Source: Alphaproteobacteria bacterium (GTDB taxonomy: Bacteria; Pseudomonadota; Alphaproteobacteria; CACIAM-22H2). Taken from it: 30,174 bases of DNA. The translations under genes and the position numbers were made by a program. The notes beneath the pieces are model-generated. The model saw only the letters and a list, made by a program, of their open reading frames with translations. It did no database searches and had not been told where the DNA came from. Positions 1 to 6,866 of this stretch are shown in pieces. Position 1 is the stretch's first letter; each line of letters opens with the position of its first letter. The stretch covers positions 1 through 30,174 of the forward strand of contig DATAAP010000334.1 of the NCBI GenBank assembly GCA_036260035.1. The letters run 5' to 3'.

Positions 1-33
1 GCAGTGAACTCCGGTGATCGTCGGCGGCGCTGG

Positions 34-49
34 TTAATCGGAAGTTAAC
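34..49. promoter_or_regulatory. CtrA-type binding site (TTAA-N7-TTAAC)
   Basis: TTAA-tcggaag-TTAAC at 34-49. The reverse strand also reads TTAA-cttccga-TTAAC, so the consensus is perfect in both orientations. It lies beyond the HU terminator, so it probably belongs to a promoter for a gene left of the window. Confidence 0.7.
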
Positions 50-86
50 GCCGCGGGCCCGGTAAGCCTGTGAAACTATGCCGCCC

Positions 87-127
87 AAAAAACGAAAGCT
101 CCCGGCCGCAGGGACCGAGAGCTTCGT
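87..127 (-). terminator. Rho-independent terminator of the HU gene
   Basis: The minus-strand RNA forms a long stem: CUCUCGGUC pairs with GGCCGGGAG using G-U wobbles, extended by AACGAAG/CUUUCGUU. A U6 tract follows (AAAAAA at 87-92 on +). It lies about 50 nt after the HU stop codon. Confidence 0.8.
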
Positions 128-173
128 TCGGCAACCGTCGCCGGCGCGTACAGCGCGGGCGGACTCGGACCTC

Positions 174-467
174 TCAGATCGACTCCTTGAGCTCCTTCGC
201 CGGGCGGAAACGCACCTTCTTGCTGGCCTTGATCTTGATAGGCTCGCCCGTCGCGGGATTGCGGCCCATGCGCGCGGCGCGCTTGGCGACCACGAAAATC
301 CCGAAGCCCGGGACGCGGATCTTGGCCCCCTTCCTCAGGTTCTTGGCGAGGTTATCGAACAGCGCGTCGACGACCTCGGTCATCTGCTTCTTCGGCAGCT
401 CGTGCTTCTCAGCGAGATCGGCAGAGATCTGCTTCAGCGAAATGACGGCCTGCTTGGCTTCTGCCAT
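174..467 (-). CDS. hup: HU-family histone-like DNA-binding protein (97 aa)
   Basis: Motifs GFGIF and RMGRNPATGEPIKIKASKKVRFRPAKELK are the HU/IHF arm signature. RBS GAGGAAAA precedes the ATG. Confidence 0.97.
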   Translation of the reverse strand: MAEAKQAVISLKQISADLAEKHELPKKQMTEVVDALFDNLAKNLRKGAKIRVPGFGIFVVAKRAARMGRNPATGEPIKIKASKKVRFRPAKELKESI

Positions 468-689
468 GTGGTTTTTCCTCTGTCAGTGCAACGCGGCGTT
501 GCGCCGCGTCAAACGGTATGCGCCAGAGAACCGCATTTGGCAACGGTTTTTCGCGGGTGCGCAACGACTCGCGCAGATTTTGTCGCCGCTTGACAGAAGC
601 CTTTTGTGGTGCTCCGCGAGCTTGGCTGCCACAGCGCCGATTGCCGGATAGTCGCCGCTGACCTGCTCGGCGCGGCAGACTCGACGCGC

Positions 690-1004
690 CTAACGCACCG
701 TGTTCGACTGCACGGCGCCGGTGCGCGCGTCAATGCTGAGGCTGACCTGGCGCCCGTCTTTCATCGCGTTGGCGGAGTAGCGGTTGCCTTCGCGTTTCAG
801 GCTGCCGATGTTGGTGTAACCGTCGGCGGTCAGCTTCTCACGCACATCTACCTCGCTAAGGATTGTGCCCGACTGGCCGGGCGCCGCGCCCTGCGGCGTC
901 GAGGTGGGGCGGCTCATCGGCCCGCTCTGCGGACTCGTCTGCGCCGCGGCGGCGCCGATGCCGATCAATGCCGCTGCGCAGAAAACGGAAAGCGTCCTGT
1001 GCAT
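690..1004 (-). CDS. Exported PepSY-domain protein (104 aa)
   Basis: Start moved to MHRTLSVFCAAALIGIGAAAA (signal peptide; RBS GGGAGA). A low-complexity S/P/Q/T linker is followed by a PepSY_2-like domain (VREKLTADGYTNIGSLKREGNRYSANAMKDGRQVSLSIDARTG). Confidence 0.82.
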   Translation of the reverse strand: MHRTLSVFCAAALIGIGAAAAQTSPQSGPMSRPTSTPQGAAPGQSGTILSEVDVREKLTADGYTNIGSLKREGNRYSANAMKDGRQVSLSIDARTGAVQSNTVR

Positions 1005-1048
1005 TCTGTATCTCCCTGGCTTGTGGAGCTGGAGCGTGCGGCCAAAGC

Positions 1049-1073
1049 AACGGTGGTCGACGGCCGCTGTTCC
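1049..1073 (-). promoter_or_regulatory. EcfG/RpoE2/SigT (general stress response ECF sigma) promoter of the PepSY gene
   Basis: Minus strand reads GGAAC-agcggccgtcgaccac(16 nt)-CGTT, matching the alphaproteobacterial GSR consensus GGAAC-N16/17-CGTT. The -10 element ends about 45 nt upstream of the ATG at 1004. Confidence 0.7.
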
Positions 1074-1476
1074 CAGCGCCAAGTTCACCCGGCTTCGCGG
1101 AGCGTCTGCCGGAACCCGGCCGTCCTCCCGCGGCTAACCGAGTGCATCGCCGGAATTCGCGGCGTTCGCCTGGCTCATGATCCGGAACGCCGGCGCGTCC
1201 GTTCGCATCGATGCGTCGTATGCCATCAAGTGGACGACAAGGACGGAGGAGGTCAGGCAGCATCCGGTGCGAATTGAGATGCAACATCCTGCGATCATCC
1301 CATCCGTCGCGGACGCGACCAGATGCGGCAAACTGGACAGCCCGCAAGCGCAGGGAAATCGGGCATTTGCGTAGTGCGGATCTCCTGCCAGCAAAACGTG
1401 AGGACTGGTTGCTCCGAGGCGGATTGATCGGCGGCGGCAGCCGGGCTATAAGCCCGCGATTCGCGGCCGACCCGGG

Positions 1477-1505
1477 GTGCATATCGAGGGTCGCCACCCT
1501 ATAAT
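1477..1505 (+). promoter_or_regulatory. Putative sigma70 promoter upstream of the EEP gene
   Basis: GTGCAT-N17-TATAAT: a perfect -10 hexamer with a degenerate -35. Confidence 0.4.
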
Positions 1506-1639
1506 GATGAGTGGCCGGCGACCTCGCCCCCGTGTCGACGCCGCGCGGATGAAATCAACTTGGTCAGGTCGCGGTGACGGTACGATTCCTTAATGCTTTT
1601 GGCGTAACTGTGTCGCTCCCATTCGCGCGCGACACTGCT

Positions 1640-2266
1640 ATGCCTAAGCCTTCTTCCGCCTTGCGGATTCTCAGTTGGAACGTCCTTCGCAAAGTGGGCG
1701 CCGGGCCGGATGACGTCGCCGCTCTGATTGTGCGCTACCGCCCTGATCTGGTGCTGCTGCAGGAAGCGGACCTCACGATGGCGCGGCTGCCGGAGCTCGT
1801 CGGCGGCAACTTCGCTCGCGATGAATTTCCCGGCCGGATCCACGGCCCGGCGATCTGGTCCCCGGCGCCGATGGGGCGGCCGCGGCTCGTCCGTCTGCGC
1901 GGCGGCGCCACGCGGCGCCACGCCCAAGTCGTCGACCGTGGCCCCTTTACCATCGTCAACGTGCATCTCGCGCACGGCCAGCTCACCTGCCGCCGCCAGC
2001 TGCGCGAAGCCGCGTCGGCGATCTCTGGCGCCGGCGCCGTGATCGGCGATTTCAACATGATCGGACCGGCGGTCCTGCCGGGCTTCAGCGATGTCGGCCC
2101 GCGCGAGCCAACGCACATCGCCCAGGACATGCTTCCGGTGCGCATCGATCGCTGCCTGGTGCGCGGCATGGCCTGCCTTTCGGCGCGTGCCCTCAGCGCC
2201 GGGCGGTCCGATCACCGCCCGATGCTGCTGGAGCTCGCGGCCGCCGATATCGCGCTCGCCGCCTAG
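1640..2266 (+). CDS. Endonuclease/exonuclease/phosphatase (EEP) family protein (about 208 aa)
   Basis: EEP motifs ILSWNV, LVLLQEA, NVHL, IGDFN, RIDR and SDHRP. Start placed at MPKPSS (1640); the ORF is open from 1574. Confidence 0.92.
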   Translation: MPKPSSALRILSWNVLRKVGAGPDDVAALIVRYRPDLVLLQEADLTMARLPELVGGNFARDEFPGRIHGPAIWSPAPMGRPRLVRLRGGATRRHAQVVDRGPFTIVNVHLAHGQLTCRRQLREAASAISGAGAVIGDFNMIGPAVLPGFSDVGPREPTHIAQDMLPVRIDRCLVRGMACLSARALSAGRSDHRPMLLELAAADIALAA

Positions 2267-2275
2267 GCCTCCTTC

Positions 2276-3262
2276 CTAGAGCTTGAAGATGCGCTGCGCG
2301 TTCTTGCCGCGCACCGCGTCGCGCTGTGCGCCCGGCAGCTCGTCGACGCGCTTCAGGCAGCCCACCATGTCGCCAATATTGTGCGGATAGTCGGAGCCGT
2401 ACATCACCCGCTCGGCGCCGCCCACGTCGATGCACAGCTTCAGCGACTCCGGCCGATACGTCACCGCGTCGTAGTAGATGCGGCGCAGGTATTCGCTGGG
2501 CGGCGTCGACGTCTTCACCCGGCACGCATTCATGTTTTCGAAGCAGGTTTCCAGCCGCCCGGCCAGGAAGGGCAGTGCGCCGCCCGCATGCGAGGCGATC
2601 AGCTTCAGGTTCGGATAGCGGTCGAGGAAGCCGTCGAAGAAGATGCGCGCGAAGGCGAGGCTGGTGTCGAACATGAAGCCGATCGAGGCGATTAGGTTGT
2701 AGGCCCGCATGTCCATCTGCGGCGTGCCCGGCGGCGCCGTGGGATGCACCAGCACTGGTAGGGCGCGGTCGTCGATCGCCTTCCAGACTGGCGCGAAGAG
2801 CGGATCGGTCAGCGAGCGGTTGCCGATATTGGCGAGCACCATGACGCCGACGGCGCCCTTGTCGCAGGCCCGCGCCAGCTCCTCGATGGCCTTGTCGGGA
2901 TATTCGAACGGCAGCGAGGCGAGCCAGCGGATGCGCGAGGGGTAGGTGTTCTGCGCCTCGGCCATCGAATCGTTGACGATCTGTGCTGCCTTAAGGCTGA
3001 TCTCGGCGCCGCCGAAATAGACGTTCGGGCAGGTGAGCGAAACGATCGCGAGATCGACTTTGGCTTCGTCCATGCGCTTGATGCGGTACGCGTAATCGAA
3101 GTGGCCGGGCTGCGGCGTCATGAAGGGCGCGCCATCCATCATGATTCCCTCCGGCGCGTCCAGGGAGGCGCGGATCTCGAAGCGCGGCTTGCCGTGATGG
3201 CGCAGCAGCTCGATCCAGTCGCGATTGAGCATGTGCGTATGGACGTCGATCGACGGTGTCAT
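2276..3262 (-). CDS. Amidohydrolase_2 family protein (ACMSD / aromatic-acid decarboxylase-like, 328 aa)
   Basis: C-terminal part of the 849-aa ORF, starting at MTPSIDVHTH. Metal ligand motifs HxH, LVHPT, ASHAGG and YGSDYPH. ATGA overlap with the stop of the TRAP fusion gene. Confidence 0.92.
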   Translation of the reverse strand: MTPSIDVHTHMLNRDWIELLRHHGKPRFEIRASLDAPEGIMMDGAPFMTPQPGHFDYAYRIKRMDEAKVDLAIVSLTCPNVYFGGAEISLKAAQIVNDSMAEAQNTYPSRIRWLASLPFEYPDKAIEELARACDKGAVGVMVLANIGNRSLTDPLFAPVWKAIDDRALPVLVHPTAPPGTPQMDMRAYNLIASIGFMFDTSLAFARIFFDGFLDRYPNLKLIASHAGGALPFLAGRLETCFENMNACRVKTSTPPSEYLRRIYYDAVTYRPESLKLCIDVGGAERVMYGSDYPHNIGDMVGCLKRVDELPGAQRDAVRGKNAQRIFKL

Positions 3263-5172
3263 TTCACTCTTCCTGTGTTTGCAACGAGAGACGAAGGGAT
3301 GGCGGATCGCGAGGCGAGCGCGTAAACGAGCCACGTCAACGCTGCGCCTGCCAAGAGCACGACGCAATTCAGCAGCGAATCGCTGCCCAGCCAGAGCGTG
3401 GCGCTGCCGAGCGGCAGGGAAGCGAGCAGCAGTGCCGACCGCAGCATGCCGTTCAGCGGGCGGGCGCCGATGGAGCCTTCGGTGCTCCAAGCGATCCAGG
3501 CGCCGGACAGCAGGGCCGTCGCAGTCGCCAGCGCGATGGCGAGCGGCGTGCCGTGCAGCAGCAGAGCCGGATTGAGCACGAAGATGAACGGCAGAAGATA
3601 ACCCGAAATGCCGAGGCGCAGCGCATCGAGCGACGTCTTCCAGAGATCGGCATTGGCGAGGCTCGCCGCCGCATAGGAAGCCATCGCTACTGGCGGCGTC
3701 AGCATCGACATCAGCCCGAAATAGAAGATGAACATATGCGCCGCGAGCGGCTCGATGCCCATCTTCACCAGCGCCGGCGCCAGCACGACCGAGAGCAGCA
3801 CGTAGACCGCCGCCGTCGGCATTCCCATGCCGAGCACGATCGCAATGAGGGCGGTGAGGCTGATCATCGCCACCGGACCGGCATTCTGGCCGACCTGCGT
3901 CAGCGCGAGCGTGATCGTGAAGCTGAGGCCTGAGATGTTCAGCACGCCGATGACGATGCCGGCCGCGGCGCTGACAAGCAGGATCTGCAGCATGTCCTCG
4001 CCGACGCCGACGGCAAGCGCGCGCAGAAAATCGGCGCGCGGCAGGCGCCAACGTTGTGCGATGCCGAGCACGAGCATCGCGCCGGCCGCATAGAGCGCAG
4101 CCTTGGAGACATTGATGCCTTGCCAGAACATCAGCCAGACCAGCAGCGCAATCGGCACGAGGAAGATCCAGCCCGCGGCGAGGACTCGCCCAAGGCGCGG
4201 GAGCTGCGCGCGCGGCACGCCGGCGAGTCCGTTGCGTGCCGCGTGGCTGTCGACCTGGAGGAACAGCACGACGTAGAAGATGAAGGCCGGCACCGCCGCG
4301 GCGAGGACGACCTCGGAGTAGGGGATCTGCAGGAACTCGGCGATCAGGAACGCCGTGGCGCCCATCACCGGCGGCGTGAACTGGCCGGCGTTGGAGGAAA
4401 CGGCCTCGACCGCGCCGGCGAAGGACGGCTTCACGCCATAGCGCTTCATCAGCGGGATGGTGACGATGCCGCTCGAGACGACGTTGGCAACCGACGAGCC
4501 GCTGATGATGCCGAACAGGCTCGAGGACACGACCGCCACCTTGGCAGGGCCGCCGCGACGGTTGCCGAGCAGCGCCATCGACAGATTGTCGAAGAATTGT
4601 CCCGCGCCGCTGAGTTCGAGGCATTTCGAGAAGACGATGAAGGCGAGCACGACCGTCGTCGCGACGCCGAGCACGAGCCCGGGCACGCCGTTCGAATCCG
4701 CATAGAGATACAGGATCAGGCGCGGCGCTGCCGTGTACTCCGCTTCGAACACGCCCGGCAGCAGATGGCCGACAAATCCGTACAGGCCGACAGTGGCCAT
4801 CAGTGCTGCGATCGCCGCACCGCAATTTCGGCGCGTCGCTTCAAGGAGAAGCAGGAGGGCCGCCGCACCTGGCAGCCATTTCCATGGGGCGCGGCCACCG
4901 GTGCCGATCAGCCATTCGCCGTACCACCAAGCCGCCCAGCCCCAGGCGGCGAGGGCGGCCAAGGCAAGAGCGGCTTCAAGCCACCCTGCCGACTTGCCAT
5001 AAGGCTTGCTGAGGAATCCCGCGGCGACAGCCAGCCCTGCGATCACGAGATAGAACTGCTCGGCGATGAGCGGCATGCCAAGATGCACGGGCGCGTCGAC
5101 CAACCAGAGTATGCTCAGGATCGAGATCGCCGCCAGGACGATGCGGCGTAGCACCTCGCTCATGCGATCCAT
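3259..5172 (-). CDS. TRAP transporter fused permease (DctQM, 4TM/12TM, TAXI-associated; 637 aa)
   Basis: Highly hydrophobic. Motifs GGPAKVAVVSS, GSSVANVV, AVEAVSSNAGQFTPPVMGATAF, LGMGMPT and TPPVA. Immediately downstream of the TAXI binding-protein gene. Confidence 0.95.
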   Translation of the reverse strand: MDRMSEVLRRIVLAAISILSILWLVDAPVHLGMPLIAEQFYLVIAGLAVAAGFLSKPYGKSAGWLEAALALAALAAWGWAAWWYGEWLIGTGGRAPWKWLPGAAALLLLLEATRRNCGAAIAALMATVGLYGFVGHLLPGVFEAEYTAAPRLILYLYADSNGVPGLVLGVATTVVLAFIVFSKCLELSGAGQFFDNLSMALLGNRRGGPAKVAVVSSSLFGIISGSSVANVVSSGIVTIPLMKRYGVKPSFAGAVEAVSSNAGQFTPPVMGATAFLIAEFLQIPYSEVVLAAAVPAFIFYVVLFLQVDSHAARNGLAGVPRAQLPRLGRVLAAGWIFLVPIALLVWLMFWQGINVSKAALYAAGAMLVLGIAQRWRLPRADFLRALAVGVGEDMLQILLVSAAAGIVIGVLNISGLSFTITLALTQVGQNAGPVAMISLTALIAIVLGMGMPTAAVYVLLSVVLAPALVKMGIEPLAAHMFIFYFGLMSMLTPPVAMASYAAASLANADLWKTSLDALRLGISGYLLPFIFVLNPALLLHGTPLAIALATATALLSGAWIAWSTEGSIGARPLNGMLRSALLLASLPLGSATLWLGSDSLLNCVVLLAGAALTWLVYALASRSAIPSSLVANTGRVK

Positions 5173-5189
5173 GTCAGCGTCCGAACGCG

Positions 5190-6203
5190 TCAGCGCTTCG
5201 CGATCCGCTGCTCATGCGCATCATTCGCAGCCGACCACTGGCCCTGTGCCTTGAAGAATGCGACAGCGGCCGGGTGGTAAGGCACTGTGTTGGTGGGCGC
5301 TCCGAGTTTCGCCGGATCGCCGCGGCGCAGGGACGGGTAATCCTTCTGCAGCTCGGCGAAATTGTCGCGCAACGCCGCAAGCAGGCGCTCGACATCGCGC
5401 TGCGACAGCTCCGCGCTCGTCATCATGAAGACGTCGAACGCGCTGACCGTCACCGGTTCCGGCACCTCCGGCAGATTAGCCGCAGGCTCGACGCGGTAGG
5501 CGAAGACGCCGGCCGCCTTCGCGCCGAGGAAAGCGTCGGTCGCGTTGGCGCCTGCCAGGTTCACATAGCGGATGCCGCCCGGGATCGAGGCGTTCGCCTC
5601 GCGCGTCGCGGGAATGCCGACCGCGACCGGCGCCGCATCGGCGGTGCCCTCGGCAACGGCCTGCACGCCCTGCGGCACGCCGCCCATCGTCACCGGTCTA
5701 ACATCTGCATCGCCAAGTCCGCCGACCGCCAGCATGGCGCGGTTGACGTCGGCCAACGCTGCGTTGGCGCGGATGTCGATCACCACGCGCTTGCCGCGCA
5801 GATCGGCGATGTTGCGTATGCCGGAATCGGCGCGGACGATATAGCCGTAAGGCAGCGACCAGAGGCGCGCGAGGGCGCGCAGCTTCGTCATCGGCGCGCG
5901 TCCCTGCTCGCCGCGATACGCGCCGCCGCTATCCAGGCTCGACGACAGTCCCATCGTGATCTCGCCGTCCTGAATCAGCGGCAGGTAGACGGACGAGCCG
6001 GCATAGGGCTGGACGATCGACTGCACGCCGAGCTTCTCGCTGAACATCTTCGCGATGCCGCCGCCGACCACGTAGTACTCGGTCCCTTGCGGGTTGGTGC
6101 CGATGGTGATGCGGCGGACCTGCGCCAGCGCGGGACCGGTACGCGCAACAGCGAATAGGGCAGCGGACAAACCGACGAATCCTCGGCGGCTGAGGGGCAG
6201 CAT
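5190..6203 (-). CDS. TAXI-family TRAP solute-binding protein with Tat signal (about 337 aa)
   Basis: Twin-arginine signal SRRGFV...ALA. TAXI motifs ITIGTNPQGTEYYVVGGGIA and PYHPAAVAFFK. GGAGG lies 9 nt before the ATG at 6203. Confidence 0.93.
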   Translation of the reverse strand: MLPLSRRGFVGLSAALFAVARTGPALAQVRRITIGTNPQGTEYYVVGGGIAKMFSEKLGVQSIVQPYAGSSVYLPLIQDGEITMGLSSSLDSGGAYRGEQGRAPMTKLRALARLWSLPYGYIVRADSGIRNIADLRGKRVVIDIRANAALADVNRAMLAVGGLGDADVRPVTMGGVPQGVQAVAEGTADAAPVAVGIPATREANASIPGGIRYVNLAGANATDAFLGAKAAGVFAYRVEPAANLPEVPEPVTVSAFDVFMMTSAELSQRDVERLLAALRDNFAELQKDYPSLRRGDPAKLGAPTNTVPYHPAAVAFFKAQGQWSAANDAHEQRIAKR

Positions 6204-6320
6204 GAGCAATTTCCTCCGGCGGTCGCGCTCTCGCGGCGCAAGCCGTCCTCACGGGTACCTGCAGCAACTATACGCGGGGTGCTCCGCCCAGGAAAGATCA
6301 GACGGCTGATGATCGGCTGC

Positions 6321-6803
6321 TCAGCGCCCGTCCGCCTCCGCGTCGGCGCCGGCCTCCCAACTCCGCCTCTCGATGACATCCTCGAGGAAGCGGATGTGGC
6401 GCCGCTCGTCGAGGCGATTGCGCTCAATCAGCTGCCGCACCGGGTCCGGGAGGTCGGCGGCGAGCGCTTGGTCGTAACGATGGTTGGTCAGCGTCTCGTT
6501 GGCGCGCAGGGCTCGGAGAGCCGCCTCTGTCCCCATTGACGGGAAGATGGGCATGTAGCCGGTCAGGAGGAATCCTCGCCTGTCCGCGTAGCGCGGCGGC
6601 GGCTCCATGCCGAGGGCGCGAATCTCCGCCGCGATCGCGTCAATATGCCGTTCGTGCTCGTCCCGGAACGCTTCGAGCCGCCGGCGGATGGCCGTTGCGC
6701 CGACCGCCTCGATCGCCTGCGCGTACGCACGTGCAGCGTCGCTGTCGACGTGGATCAGGTTGGTCAGGGCACTGTAGCTGCGGAATCTCTCGCGCTGCTC
6801 CAT
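6321..6803 (-). CDS. Ferritin-like four-helix-bundle protein (DUF2383/PA2169-like, 160 aa)
   Basis: Two ExxH di-iron-type motifs (DEHERH, DERRH) plus an E in ANETLT; all-helical pattern. Confidence 0.82.
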   Translation of the reverse strand: MEQRERFRSYSALTNLIHVDSDAARAYAQAIEAVGATAIRRRLEAFRDEHERHIDAIAAEIRALGMEPPPRYADRRGFLLTGYMPIFPSMGTEAALRALRANETLTNHRYDQALAADLPDPVRQLIERNRLDERRHIRFLEDVIERRSWEAGADAEADGR

Positions 6804-6811
6804 CCCGTAGT

Positions 6812-6835
6812 AACGCGGCGTGGCTGTTTTGTTCC
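6812..6835 (-). promoter_or_regulatory. Probable EcfG-type promoter of the ferritin-like gene
   Basis: Minus strand reads GGAAC-aaaacagccacgccg(15 nt)-CGTT, a spacer one nt shorter than consensus. The -10 element ends 8 nt before the ATG. Confidence 0.45.
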
Positions 6836-6866
6836 GGAGCCGGCAAAGCCCGTTTGCGGCCGCCGC

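Noticed and set aside
538-554. Sigma54 promoter TGGCAAC...GC
   Set aside because: GG-to-GC spacing is 12 rather than the required 10 nt.
70-651. Plus-strand ORFs of 193 and 171 aa
   Set aside because: Antisense shadows of HU crossing its terminator; no recognisable domains.
1244-1252. CCUCCUCCG on the minus strand as a cuckoo/alpha-r14 sRNA motif
   Set aside because: Only one copy, imperfect, and not in a clear hairpin loop; cuckoo RNAs have several CCUCCUCCC loops.
1134-1497. Small ORFs in the PepSY/EEP intergenic region (1134..1394 -, 1177..1374 +, 856..1497 -)
   Set aside because: No motifs, no convincing RBS-start pairing, and atypical composition. A small protein cannot be strictly excluded.
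3263-4825. N-terminal 521 aa of the listed 849-aa ORF (2276..4825) as a fusion to the amidohydrolase
   Set aside because: It is an alternative frame overlapping the TRAP permease and reads as Arg/Ala-rich nonsense. The real start is the ATGA overlap at 3262.
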